From NCBI GenBank assembly GCA_008369845.1, contig MRSU01003007.1, positions 1 through 64,000 on the forward strand: a stretch of 64,000 nucleotides of DNA, given 5' to 3'. Position numbers and translations under genes: made by a program. The notes beneath the pieces were generated by a model. That model did no database searches and had not been told where the DNA came from. It saw only the letters and a program-made list of their open reading frames with translations. This stretch comes from Trichomonas gallinae (Eukaryota). Shown in pieces: positions 33,701 through 45,500 of this stretch. Position 1 is the first letter of the stretch. Every line of letters begins with the position of its first letter.

Positions 33701-34518
33701 TCAAATTCATTGATCCAACGGAACAAGAAACAGAGAAACTCAAAGAGTACGTGATAAAGCACACTTTCCCAGCTGTTCTTTTCAAAGACAAGACGGAGAT
33801 TGACTATGAGATAGAGGATGAGTACCAATTTTACACTCCGTCATTCAGCAGAACATTCTACAGATCATTGTTCGCGAGGTGCGCGAAGCCTCTTCCTCAG
33901 AGATTGGTCGACTCTATCATGAAAGTTTTGCCATCAGTTCCGCCAATGACGTTCCCAAAGAACTCGTCTTTCATCCTCAAATATGACGAGACATTCAAAG
34001 ACACTGACTGTATAATCGATGTCACAAATGGTGGTGATCTGACTAATCTGTCAACTGTTTACCAGAATGCTTTGAACGGAGATGTTGAGTCATTGCACTG
34101 TTTGGCGAATGCTCCAAGGAGTGAAGTCATGCAGCGCCTCGACTTGAGTGATGTCGCAATTGCTGTTAGCGAAGCAAGCAGATCAGTTATAACTGAAGGC
34201 GCCAAGAGCGGAATTCTCGCTGCTTTCAAAGCTTTCGAAGTTGCATCGTCAAAACTTTCTTTTGCGGAAATTGTTGCCATCATCTGCAACAAGAGATTCA
34301 TCATCAGCAAGGACATTAGATGCTTCCTCTCCATGGCAATTCTCTTTAGATTGGCTGAAGTCAAGGCAAAAGGAACTGACTACGAGCCGATGTTTGTCTG
34401 CTTCAGAGAAATGTCTGATGCTTTGTTCACGAACAAGAAGTTCCAAGAGTTCTTTGCAAAGGAAGTCGTAGATGCTAAAGAGCTCTCTTATTTACTCCAC
34501 GAATTACCGCTCCAATAA
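30754..34518 (+). CDS. Large hypothetical helical-repeat (HEAT/ARM-like) protein (1254 aa)
   Basis: Uninterrupted 3.8-kb ORF with Leu-rich helical pattern; no catalytic motif recognised. Confidence 0.8.
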   Translation: MAELVEKHLEKAQQMENCKNSKEFKQFIQAIEQEFDISICIKCSPHYSPKFFFDYIRAFLPFTRHEDKDINQQALYFFDLIIPPIITYSPIDFLEGCYEIYKEEQNPLNLCPILRYMSLAINGQIPSVEEKYSPMLLNILSSTSTAEKELLFPFVWQSISKHIDETECDALLVNMMTPEFGEAVANLVSAHPQELIPVVLTKSNFDFLKSFLIHLKTEEPIEIDDFINTLAITNKPELLSAFINSNIQLGKVSLELAKSLCSGLVGDLSDYTSDDQALLLLALGKAVTKGYLEASELQNVIDCKSEFEAFRNASIKILLMNLFTDFQEILDSVYKQRDKTFQYLLTILDKYEESMYNADPKWTKDFIQKVIQVNMQPNQLLQIINNFPTTELIGVEKIVKSFVSTKNQAVAKLIFKITKKYKFQHSLGSLDWILNPQCAYEIIRSPEVPFTLELLQYGMIPPNTLQGMFRSLRLRPRASAPVLYEELLSLAKLLTKPLRVNIDMEDNLPKINWIDMQSINKLFFASRAPFTHTQYGIFNLELIKTLAVLFPHAINCNHMQCIVLMRYLRLFATSFPDTVVPFAIDLYIKYRTETMKALLVLISRENFAPRYSTFVFRMIFELEGIEAALELGKDAMIQAARYDREVAQILATELRQPLEKMKTFLSFVSIGHHIPWARECAKVYPVSEWMLKKGDGPLLIALAECNDAEVKKRVEEAKIIVEKFDESDETKPAEEERTYKFDYNIDVYQAPECRAAEPATLANLISFLWHAKTQLSRENEKEMIDFLYKVKDDKLLLGALCYCERFVIKLDEEIIAKRIKASNDIQTASAYVFFKSIRCVYDKMPEHIANAVDRVLDDMRVPKSDLFEAARTHRIYPQRAVLNAIVNMDKNMSEKILSEEPVKTSDFGSVDQCKVALATIFSSMKSDDFTEPNQLLPSNYNWPNEFLMIGREKKHYVAASIPEASRSWVFTAAKKKDSMAFYLKFIDPTEQETEKLKEYVIKHTFPAVLFKDKTEIDYEIEDEYQFYTPSFSRTFYRSLFARCAKPLPQRLVDSIMKVLPSVPPMTFPKNSSFILKYDETFKDTDCIIDVTNGGDLTNLSTVYQNALNGDVESLHCLANAPRSEVMQRLDLSDVAIAVSEASRSVITEGAKSGILAAFKAFEVASSKLSFAEIVAIICNKRFIISKDIRCFLSMAILFRLAEVKAKGTDYEPMFVCFREMSDALFTNKKFQEFFAKEVVDAKELSYLLHELPLQ

Positions 34519-35720
34519 CGGAAATGTTTATTTATTTGTTGTAAAAATAGATTTTTATTACTTTTTTTATTTCTCTTAATATGGAATAATAACATGAATC
34601 TCAAAATCATTCATTGCTTTTGCTCAAATAATCAACCTATATAGAATGGTTAGCTTTCATTATATTTGTTTCCATTATTCTATGACTAATATGTAGTAAA
34701 AATACCTATATATAAACTGTGTTCCAAAAGAAGAAAATTTTAAAAGCTCATTTGCTACAATTTTTATCTCACTAATTTCTTAAAATTGTTATAACAGGAT
34801 CATGAAATATCTGCTATAGTTGAATATATGCACTTCATCATTTAATCAATATTCGCTTCTATAGAAGCTTAACGAGAAAAAAAAAATGAAAAAGTCACTT
34901 TTCCGTTAAAATCCAAGAATATGATATAATATGAGAAATAATACGAGAAGAGTATATAATTGATATTTAACAGAGTTTAAAAAGGTATTTTGCCAAAAAT
35001 ATAGCGTAGAAATTGGGCTAGTTTTCTACCCAAAACATCTTTTCCATCATTCCCAAAAAACGATTATTTCCCCCAGAATTTAAAGATACAACTCCTCAAT
35101 TTTGGGTTGGTGAAGATCACAAAATGAACTTCACCGACAACACCATGTTCTGACCCTATTGCTATAAACCCCATTGTCTCATATGTTGAAGACAATGGAC
35201 ATATTAGATTTGAGAAATAGAACAATTGATGAAAATCTAAAAAATGGGCATTTTTTCAACTTTTTTAACGGCTATCGTTGTTTTGAAAATTTTCTGAATC
35301 TGTCGATTATAAAAGATTATTTTGTTGCATTTTCCCAATAGAATGCTTTTATGGTGTTATTTCTGGAGTAAAATTTTGCGTATATTAGATAATCAATTAT
35401 TTGACAAATAATCTTATTTTGATCAAATTTTGTTATCAATTTTATCAATTTTTTTTAATATGCGCGCAGAGTATAGATATGATATATCCTGAGATTTTAC
35501 ATATAATTATTATTATGATATCAAATTTACTAATTTATATATATATATATATCATTATGTCCAGTTTTAGTTTGATAAATGTGTTTTTAGATGGATTTAG
35601 ACCCTTTAACCAATTGGCATTTGATTTATATATTAATACAGTTTTTTACTGCTTTCCCTGGACTTAGAAAAGAAAATTGTTATGTTGTTTTTTGCGCCAA
35701 TAAAATGTAAAAAAAAAAAA

Positions 35721-37583
35721 ATGACTGAACAATATATTGATCTCAAGTTTTTGGACACTGACAATTCATTCCAGAACGAAATCCTCGACCGCGCCAAGAA
35801 GCAGCTCGATTATACTGAAACTTTGCAGCAAGCGAGCGAAATTATGAATCAAATCGGATCTAATTGTAGTGCAATCGAATTACAACTCAAACAAATGAAA
35901 ACATTACTCGCTGGTGTTGACAAGGCGAACACGGTTGGCGAGCAAATCGAAAAGTTTGGTCACATGATGAAAACAATTGGAACACAATTCATGTCACAAG
36001 CGAGATTTTCATTGCAAGCGCTTCAATCAGTCGTATTACCTACTATTAAGAAGTTTTCGGAGGAATTTGTCGATGCAAATAATTCTTTCGAGACTTCACT
36101 TGAAGCTCTGGGCCAGTTAACTAACAAATCGAATCGGGAAGACTACATGCAAGCCGAAAGCTCGTTCGTTAAAGCAGCTACGAAGAAGTCTGGCCTTTTA
36201 TTCTCGTTGAATAATCAAGTTCAGATTGCGGAAAACACTTTGTACTCTTCTATCATGTTGTCTATGACTCAGTTCCTCGTGTTGGTTGGGGATCTGATGG
36301 GTGAATACATTATCTCCAACAAAACTATCTTCGATGATCTAAAAAATTCTTCAAATGATTATTATCGCGCGATAAAGAACTGGCTGAGCAAGGACCTGAA
36401 CCAGGACCCAGCAAACAACAGTGCAACCGCTGCCGCTGCACAATACTGGGATTTGAGATTTATTTCGAATTCAAAAGTAATTAACAGTTTGTCGCAGCCA
36501 AATCATACTGTTTGGCTTAGAGAACCACACCCATTGCGCTCTACTACATGGCAGCGCGGAAAAATGTCTTTTGAAGATTCACTCCTTAAATTCGAAAGAC
36601 CGGGCGAAGATGGGTCGACAGTAGTTAAACAGTGGGTATTGCCACTTGTCACAGTTTCCAAACGCGAAGAAGGAAGAAGATTTGCGATTAAAGTTCAAGG
36701 ACCAACGGAAATCATAGAATTCCAGACATTATCGAAACACGACATGAATGAATGGATGCAGCTGTTTACTAATCATAACTTAAATGTCCTCGGAGAGAAT
36801 AAACAAACAACATCAAAATTTGCTTGCGTGGATTGCGGTTGTCCTGATGCCACCTGGGTCTCTGTCAACTGGGCAGCTCCTTTGTGCCTGAAATGTTCGG
36901 GTGTTCACAGGCAAATGTCTTCTACAAATTCAAAAGTCAGATCTTTCACTTTAGACAAAATGAATCCGCTCACAATACACATGATCGAAGAATTACAAGG
37001 TGAATGCAACAAAATCCTTCTAGCTAAAAATCCCGACGTCAAAATAAATTCAAATTCAGATGAAAAGGAAAGAGAACAATATATCACAAGGAAATACATC
37101 AACAACGAATGGTGCATACAAGAAGCTATCCCAGATCCATTCAAGGCCATCCAAGAGCGAGATATGAAAGCATTATTTTATGCAGCACATTTCGGAAGGA
37201 TAGATGAGACTAAAGAGTCATTAACACCACTCCACGCTGCATGTGCAGTTGGTTGGGATGATGGCGTAGCTCTTCTCGCTTATTGCGTGAATGATTTGAA
37301 CGTAAAAGATAATTCAGGATGGACGCCTTTGTGCTACGCTGTTTTCTATCAGCACGTTGACATCATTGACTTCCTCCTCTCTGTCGGAGCCAGCGCAAAG
37401 AACTTGGCAATCAATATTTATCAGCTTTCGATTGCAACTAAAAACATGAAAGTCGCTAAATTGATTATGACTCACGCAGACCAAGTTAGAAACAACGAAA
37501 TTGAGTTCAAGCCTTGCTCATACTGCTTCGCTCCTCCAGGAACTCCTGAAAATTACACAATTATTCTCAAATCGAGGATTTAA
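35721..37583 (+). CDS. ACAP/centaurin-like ArfGAP (BAR-like, PH, ArfGAP, ankyrin)
   Basis: CVDCGCPDATWVSVNWAAPLCLKCSGVHR zinc finger with catalytic Arg; SKVRSFTLD; REQYITRKY; PH C-terminal helix EWMQLF; TPLHAA and GWTPL ankyrin repeats. Confidence 0.92.
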   Translation: MTEQYIDLKFLDTDNSFQNEILDRAKKQLDYTETLQQASEIMNQIGSNCSAIELQLKQMKTLLAGVDKANTVGEQIEKFGHMMKTIGTQFMSQARFSLQALQSVVLPTIKKFSEEFVDANNSFETSLEALGQLTNKSNREDYMQAESSFVKAATKKSGLLFSLNNQVQIAENTLYSSIMLSMTQFLVLVGDLMGEYIISNKTIFDDLKNSSNDYYRAIKNWLSKDLNQDPANNSATAAAAQYWDLRFISNSKVINSLSQPNHTVWLREPHPLRSTTWQRGKMSFEDSLLKFERPGEDGSTVVKQWVLPLVTVSKREEGRRFAIKVQGPTEIIEFQTLSKHDMNEWMQLFTNHNLNVLGENKQTTSKFACVDCGCPDATWVSVNWAAPLCLKCSGVHRQMSSTNSKVRSFTLDKMNPLTIHMIEELQGECNKILLAKNPDVKINSNSDEKEREQYITRKYINNEWCIQEAIPDPFKAIQERDMKALFYAAHFGRIDETKESLTPLHAACAVGWDDGVALLAYCVNDLNVKDNSGWTPLCYAVFYQHVDIIDFLLSVGASAKNLAINIYQLSIATKNMKVAKLIMTHADQVRNNEIEFKPCSYCFAPPGTPENYTIILKSRI

Positions 37584-37906
37584 TTAACGAATAGGCACTG
37601 GTGCATTTATATGACCATTATGTATGTTTATTTTTGCGTGATTATGAATTGTTTTAATCTTTTTTTTAAATATTTTAGTTAAAACATTTTTAACTATATA
37701 TACAACAACATAGCCCATTTTAATCACAAACAAAAGCAGAAAAATATTTTATTTATAAAAAAATTATTGAATTTATTAACATAATCATATAAAATAAGCT
37801 TAAAATCTATCACATAAATCAATACATAATGTGTATTTCCGTAATTTTTTGATTTTTTGTTAAAATAATAATTTAATAAACAACAACAAACTCAAACAAT
37901 ATATAA

Positions 37907-38653
37907 CTACTCATGTTCACGCACTAGCTTGTCCAATCTCTTTTTAATGCGATTAATCTTTCGATTTTCTTTTTGTATTTCATTTTTCGTTTCTTTGATC
38001 TTCTTATTCAGCTCTTTCCTCAGTTTAGCTTCCATTTCTTGTCTCTCTTTCTTCTGTTTAAGGATTTCGTTATCAGCTTCGGGATTTTCTAAATGGCGGA
38101 CACTTTTTTCTTTTTTATAAACAACAGATCTTATATCCTCCAAATCTTTTTCTCTTACCCACAGTTGTCTTGGAGAATAATCAGCAAGTAATTCTTGTAA
38201 ACGCTTTTGTGATTTTTCTATTTCTTTTTCTATATCACTTTTCTCCATTTTAAGCCTTACTAATTCTAAATGGTAGATTTTCGATTCTTCTTGAACTTCA
38301 GATATTGATGCCGCAATTTCAGAGTTCAGTATTTCATTTATCTGATCTTTCTTTTCTTGTATTAATTGATTGTAACTCGCAATTTGTTGATTTATTGATG
38401 CTACAATCATGAGATTTTGATTATCTGATTTTTTGTGACATTTCGAGTTCTCAATACGTGCTATATGGGCTATTAAGTCGAATTTTTGCTGAAGGAGAAG
38501 ATTTCTTCTATTTTTTGCAGTATTGACATCATCAGTTGTAATAAAATTCATATTTTTCCTTGCTTCTTGGTATGAAGAACGTGTTTGGATAATAAGCTTC
38601 TTCTGCGTAAAAGGAACTTTTAATAAAGGTCTCCTTGGCGTTTGCAAAGACAT
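37907..38653 (-). CDS. Hypothetical coiled-coil protein (248 aa)
   Basis: K/E/Q-rich heptads throughout. Confidence 0.75.
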   Translation of the reverse strand: MSLQTPRRPLLKVPFTQKKLIIQTRSSYQEARKNMNFITTDDVNTAKNRRNLLLQQKFDLIAHIARIENSKCHKKSDNQNLMIVASINQQIASYNQLIQEKKDQINEILNSEIAASISEVQEESKIYHLELVRLKMEKSDIEKEIEKSQKRLQELLADYSPRQLWVREKDLEDIRSVVYKKEKSVRHLENPEADNEILKQKKERQEMEAKLRKELNKKIKETKNEIQKENRKINRIKKRLDKLVREHE

Positions 38654-38963
38654 TTTTTATAAACGTAAAAATTTTGTTTAATTATATTTACATGACAAAA
38701 ATGTAAAGAAATGTAAAACTTAAAATTATGCATTTTTCAATGCAAAGCATATATAAAATACATTCATTATGATTTGTTTGATTTCTGTTTGCTATATATA
38801 TTTTACCATTATCATATTTAATCAATCATATGCGAATTTTAAATTTTCTAGAATCTGACATTATTAATTTACATGACATTTTTGCTCAATAATTTGATGC
38901 TAAATTAAAATATGTGTAATAATAGCATAACAAGTTTAAATAACAAACAAGTCATAAATTATA

Positions 38964-39960
38964 TTAAAATTCTGCATTCAAATAGATGTCATCGTCGTCC
39001 GGTTCATCGTCAATCGTAATTGTTTGATTCCCAGGACTGCTTGCTAGGAATAAGTTTCCATCTTCAGTAGGAAGAGAAACTACCTGTCTTGTTTCATCAG
39101 ATTCACCAAAACTGCTGCTACTTTGCGAGATCATAATCGCTATAGAAAAGTTCATCATTTCAATGAGTGAGTCTCCAAAAATAATGCGCCTTACCAGTCA
39201 CGATGAAGAATACTGCAAGACCGTGCTCACCTGATAGCTAAGGAGCAACTATCAAAGCTATTGTTTCTGTGTTTGTGTATGTATATATATAAGATATATA
39301 TATATGTTATTGCGTTAGCATATTTGGTTTCGGACAACTTCAATGGCTTTGCAGGGTTTAAAGAAGCTTCAATTGGAACTGTTGTGATAACAAGAACATA
39401 TGAAGTTGTTCTTTCAACTGCTGTTTGGAACAGAAGTGTTGTTTCAATAATTGATTTGTCACTAACAACTGTTGTGATTAATGAAGTAATTGTGAATGAA
39501 TTGGTTTGCATAGTTGTTGGTGAATCTGTCGTTGTTATGATGAATGTCACTGGTATACCTTTCTGGATCGACATTCTTGGTTTCGGTGACTGAGTTGGTG
39601 ATGGGGAAGGTGTCTTAACCGGTGTGGCTGTTGGAAGTGGAGTAGCTGTTGGTAGTGGTGTTGCTGTGACTGGGTCGGGTTGTTGTGATTGTAATCATGT
39701 CAACTTCAGTGAATGTGTACTTATTTTCACCATTGACATCTGTGAATGTGGATATTTTCCCTTTTGTCTGGTTTGGGATGTAGTAAGTAGTGGTTCCTGG
39801 GAAGACGACTGCTATGCTGGTGGATATTAATGTAACATTTACTGGTTTTAGCAGTTTATTTTGTTTAAATTTGCATTCCATAAAATATGCATTTTTACAT
39901 TCATCAAACTCATCAGCACCTCGTGTCGCAGCATTTTAAAAATTTATCACATTTTGTATG
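38964..39960 (-). pseudogene. Fragmented Thr/Pro-rich type I membrane (surface) protein gene
   Basis: Consecutive out-of-frame pieces: TATPLP 18-bp repeats (~39620-39670), Thr-rich stalk, broken TM segment (ETIALIVAP*LSGEHGLAVFFIVTG) and acidic tail ending DDDDIYLNAEF; (TA)n tract at ~39282-39305; 5' boundary approximate. Confidence 0.65.
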
Positions 39961-40490
39961 AGACAAATAGTTTGGTTATATCAATGCTCATCCATTATTT
40001 GTATATGAGATTTAACAACAATCGAACAATATTTTTATTCTTGGACCTTCAATTTTGGATCATTTTAAGCACCTTTTATTCATGATATAATTTTAACCGT
40101 TTCAATTCAAAATTGAATGTTCAAGAATATTTGAATTGAAAATACAAAAAAGTGAAATATAATGTCATTGTTTACATTCAAATATTATTTTTCGAACGAA
40201 AAAATCGAAAAATAAAATTTGAATGATAAACATTTTTTTTTTATGTTTGAAATGTGCAGAAATCTAACAAATGGACTTTAATTCCCACACTTGCATCTAG
40301 TTTTATGCAACAACAAACATAACTAATCAAAAAATTGTAAGTGACGATAATTGAGAGAGAAAAGATTTTTGATTAAAATTTTTATATTATTCATACATGT
40401 ATCATCAAATTGTTCGTTTTTATTTCAATCCAATTAATCCGATAATTGATAGGCAACTTTTGAGTGGATGACTTCATTTTATTATAAAGC

Positions 40491-40994
40491 ATGTCTGCAG
40501 AAGAGAGAATTAAAGCCATAGAGAAGCGCTTTGATGCATTGGATGAAGGGAGGGATGGAAAAATGAAAATCAAAGAGTTCAAAGTTCTCTATGATGACCT
40601 TGAAGGAAGAAAAACATCGGATGAAGAATGTAACATCATGTTTAGAGGAATAGACATTGATGGATCCGGCGAAATAACTAAGCAGGAGTTTATGGACATG
40701 GTCAAAGGTATTATAAACAAAGATGATGTGTATATCTATAAGATGATATTCAGGGCATTCGATAAAGATCGCTCACGTGCACTCGATGTCAATGAAATTT
40801 GGGCAATACATAAATTCCAAGGAAAGAACACACTAAGAGAAGATGTATCGAAGTTTGTACTTGAGACAACAGGTTCCAGCAAAGGAAAACTCAACTTCTC
40901 TCAATTTTACAAGCATTTCACTGGAAAATTCATTCCAAATGGAACAGATCCTTACGATGGAATGTTAAAGTCGAAATGCTGTCTTCTAATCTAA
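40491..40994 (+). CDS. EF-hand calcium-binding protein with C-terminal CaaX-type motif
   Basis: Loops DEGRDGKMKIKE, DIDGSGEITKQE and DKDRSRALDVNE; ends KSKCCLLI; TCATTTT Inr; stop within TAAA. Confidence 0.92.
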   Translation: MSAEERIKAIEKRFDALDEGRDGKMKIKEFKVLYDDLEGRKTSDEECNIMFRGIDIDGSGEITKQEFMDMVKGIINKDDVYIYKMIFRAFDKDRSRALDVNEIWAIHKFQGKNTLREDVSKFVLETTGSSKGKLNFSQFYKHFTGKFIPNGTDPYDGMLKSKCCLLI

Positions 40995-41032
40995 ATTAAA
41001 ATATCATTTTCCTATGAATAAATGTCGCATAA

Positions 41033-41960
41033 TCACTTAATATCGATAAAAAACAATATCACACAATATGCAATCAAATGTTGAACAGTGATTATCTGAG
41101 TTTCAATTTCGATTTCAACCTCTGTTGATCCATTGGATGGAACTTGTGTGATAGTCTTATCTTTATCGATTTTAATTGGTGTTCTTACTGGAGTTGCGAA
41201 TGGAATTTGTACTGGCACTTCAGTTGAAGTTAGTATATATGTCGTTTTGCTATCTGTAATATTAGAAATAGTTTCTGTGAAAATCATAGTATAGGCGGTA
41301 GGAATATTTGGATCTGGTATCAACGTACGTCTTGGTATTGGCGATTTCGAAGGATATGGTGCTGGAGTTGTTGAAGGAGTTGATAATAGCGTCGATGAAG
41401 GTGTTGATGATGAAGTAGATGAGGGAGTTGACGAAGGCGTCGAAGATGGTGTTGATGAAGGGGTTGAAGATGGTGTTCTAACAGGTGGATGCGTGACATT
41501 TGAATACTTTAATGTTGAAAAATAAAAACTATGATCTGTATATATGTATCTTCTGACAGATGGAGATTTTGTTGTAGCGAGTGGCAGTCGTGTGATAGCA
41601 GTCGCCATATTGAAGGACTTGGAACACTTGATGTAGCCATACTTGTGGTTCTATTTGCTGACTTATAATCAATTGTTTCAGTAGAATCAGAAATATTATT
41701 TGACGATAATTTGGTCGAAGGATCGAAACAAGTATTAGAATGTTCTTTAATATTCAAGTTGTAGCGCACACCATTTATAGCTTTGTTATCAGGAAATGCA
41801 TCTTTATACGAGTAGTATTTGACATTTCCATCAATGAACACATAACGACCTAAGCCATGATTTAATGGATTATCAGAGAAGCAACATTCATTAGATATAA
41901 ACTGCATAGGTTCATTTGTATGCTTGGATGTTTCAATTTCGCCGCAGGCATAAATTTAGT
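41033..41960 (-). pseudogene. Second frameshifted Thr/Pro/Ser-rich surface-protein-like gene
   Basis: ORF 41509-41907 shifts into 41033-41608 near 41610; 12-bp (STPS)n repeat at ~41365-41475; SPIPRR...IP...TET segment parallels the 39.6-kb fragment; 5' boundary approximate. Confidence 0.55.
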
Positions 41961-42500
41961 CATTGAGAGTATAGACTAAGGAATGAAAAAAAAAAAAATG
42001 TCAAAATGTAAAGTTATCAAACTTTGGCACGATTTGTCACAATCGATATTTACTATATACGTCTCCCAAAAACATAATTTTTCTTGCTTCACTGTCAAAA
42101 GTGACAATTTGAAATAATGCAATATTATAAAATATAGAATTTGATGAATAAAGTAAACGATATTAGTCAACTTTGTCACTTTTCACTGTTACAAAAAAAT
42201 TGTTGAAAAAGAAATATATATTGATAATAGAAAACATTGTTACGATATCGAAAACTTTTACATTTGAGCAATTTTTTTTTTGTCAATTAAATTTTTGGTT
42301 GCTTCATGGATATTTTAATTGTATTTGGGCTCTTGATTCAAAATAATAAATTAAATCTAATTTTACATCAAAATTACTAAATGAAGCTTCTCAAAGAAAG
42401 AAATGGGATGCTTTATAAATATTATTTGATTGTCATACATAATTTAAAATTCAATAATAACATACATTTTTAAATATAAACAAACATATAAAATAGATAT

Positions 42501-45500
42501 TCATATTTCAGGCAAATAAATTCTGATGGCAGACATTTGCCATATCTGTTGATCTGTAGTACAAGGAATATAAATATATCCAATATACTGATTTCCATCG
42601 TAAACACCAACTTTGACTAAGTTATCTAGTCTTGGAGAATCGAGGTTTTTCTTATAAGCATAGATATCTAATAAATTATCTCCAATGATAGAGAGATAAC
42701 CATTATTTAAGAGAGCATTAGAAAGCTTTGCTCCTTTGATTAATGTTCCATTATATAATTCTTCATCATTCTTTTCTTCAATTTTCTCATTTGATTCACT
42801 TTGATCAAATCCATCGCTTTCACTTTCCACTTCAGAGATAATTGGTTTCTGTCTCTCATTCAGCTCGAAATAGAGGGTTTGTGATCCGATTTTTTCTCTC
42901 CAGCCAAATGGTTCTTTGTCAGAAACCAATTCGCCGAAATTCAAAGTCATTCCTGAATTAACCGGGATGATTGGAGTCTCTGATTTGTATACTGCATCGT
43001 TGTTGATGTCAACTCTGCTAACTCCTGGTATTCTTGGCTCTTTCTCGCTGAAGAAATATTTGATTAACGTCATCATTGATTCGCGTAAAACTTCGTCATC
43101 CAAATAAGAGCAAATAATTGACTCAGTGAATTTCTCAACTGTTTCTCTTGTGCTGTCATCTCCGAACTTTCCATTCGTGAATATTTCTCTGACTGTTCTA
43201 GCAATTGCTGGTATTTGCAGCATAGGAATTGTGCAATCATTTCTTTGCGAAATTGTCATCAGCAAATAAATGAGAGGACCGTCATATCTTCTCATTTCTG
43301 TGACATTAGGGGAAACTTCTTCTATGTACTGAGAAATACCTCCAATAGTGCATGGCCTTGAGAATTTATAGTAAAGTGCCGAAGGAATAATTGGAATTCT
43401 GTCTAATAATTCTTCTGGAATGATGAAATAAAATGAAGTGAAGTTGTGGAGATGCGTGAAATTCAAAATGGAAGGAATCATAAAATAGTCCAACAATTCG
43501 TCAACAATGATAATAAGGACTTCGCCTTTTCCTTTGATATATTGGATAAGTTTATCAATGGTCTGCGGTTTGTCGAGAATATGGCTGTAAAAGCTTCCGA
43601 TAACCATTGATTTTGCTTTTATTGACGATTTGACGAATTTCGCGACATAATCTGCTGGAATGATTTTGTCGACAGCAATTACAACTGGGTAATTATTTAA
43701 CTGAGGGATGTTAGCTTTCGCTGGATGTGTGAAGAATGTTTTTGGCGTCAGGGTTAATATTGACATAATGTGATTTATCAGTTGAGGCATTACCATTCTT
43801 AACTGTTTCGAGTGAATATTCGGAAAAGTTCCTTGAAGCAACAGATTTCTTCCGTCAACAAATTCTTTCATCCTGTAGTGCTCGAAGTTAGCAATGAAGT
43901 GCAATCTGTCTGGAGCTGGAAGAAGTGAGGTAAACGTAACCAAAATTTCTTCGAAGTCTCTGACACTTGTTTGTGGAGTCATATTAGTTTTTGCTCGATC
44001 TTTGATAGATAAGAGCAGCTGGAAAACTGCATTAGGAGACTTGACATCTTTAACAACATATTTGCAAAGCGTTACAAATGTTGTAAATTTGTGTATTTCT
44101 TTGAGAACCATGTCTAAGTCTGCGCAAGATGAAGTGATGTCTTTCTTCAATTGAACAAGTGAATCCAATGACTTTCTCAAGTTCATCATTTTCAGGTTGT
44201 TGTCGAAATACTCTGGCCAGCTGTCGTGTGACATTTCAGTGAGTTTCTGTATCAATTGATAGAAATCAATTGTTTTTATAGAAATTCTGTCAATTGAAGA
44301 AACAAAATCATCAAATAGTTTTTTGTTCGATGACAAAACGCATGCGATTTCAAACCAAAGAGTATTTTCTGGCTCTTTCATCGAGAAATCTGCAAATGTA
44401 ACATTCTTCTTGTTTACAAATCCTTCTTTAGGAACCAAAGAAATCACAAACATTCTGAACGAAAAAGAAACTGGTTTTGAGTTGTTCTTGTATTGTACAG
44501 TTCTTGTTGCTTGCAGTAATATTTGGATGTTTGAGATCTGATCGCAAAAAGCAAGGCCGCTTTCTAATGAATCAATGACAACAATTATTGTTTCACCAGC
44601 TGAAATAGCTGAAATTAATGACTCCAAATATTCAGATGACGTGAATAAAATCTTACAATTATAGTTTGCTATTAATAGTTGCTGGCAGATGTTTTGCGGG
44701 TCATAGTATATAGTCATTGGCTCAGGAATCAAGTTTGTGTTGTCTCTTTCTTTTTCGTTATAAAAAATCGGACTTAAAGGAAGCAAATTGTTGAATGCAA
44801 TTAAATCCAAGAATTCGATAACATTAAATAACTGTGCAGTTTTCATTGAAAGCTTAGTTTGTGTTCTTTCTTCACTGTCGCAAACAGTGAAAAGGGATTT
44901 GATATTTTTGACAGGGAAAAACATTTGCATGATCATGTGATGCTTAACGAAATCGAATGGACTTAAAAACATTGTTAAGCCTAAATCAGTCAACAATTCT
45001 TTTCTTTTTTCTATGTTCAAAGCTGAAATTCCGCTTGAATATGCAACTTGTATAGCTGTGTACTGCTTGATGAGTCTTTCAGCTTCAATAGAATCAGTCA
45101 AAACATAATTAATAACTTCAAGGAATGAGTCAATTTGCGAAAACAATCTTTTGACATCATTTGAATCATTTTCCCAAGCTTTCAGGAGCCATGATGGACA
45201 TTCGCTTACACCATTTAGTCTCTTCATTGTCTCTGAAGCTTCTTCGAATTGTTGCCTGTAGCCATTCAAAAGTTGTTTGTTAGTTTTAATCCTCGAATTT
45301 AAATTCGTCAATTCTTGAGAAATGATTTTTCTTTCATCTTGCAAATTGATTGCCTGGACTATGTAACACAAACAGCCAACAATATTATTAGCTATTGGAA
45401 TGTTTGATAGTTTTGTTTCACCAAAATTGCTCGATTTCATCAAGTTCGTGTAGTTATTTTCACCCTTCAAGTTGAATTTTGCTATTTTTGCAACAATGTT

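Noticed and set aside
34880..35230. Coding-like fragment (PPEFKDTTPQFWVGEDHKMNF...)
   Set aside because: Multiple stops and frameshifts, no recognisable family; possibly a relic but unsupported
4932..41960. Stop-codon reassignment (TAA/TAG read as sense) suggested by in-frame stops at 5169 and 39238
   Set aside because: Well-conserved genes (rpS29, Rab, UEV, HSBP1) end at TAA at the expected positions, and the interrupted genes also carry frameshifts
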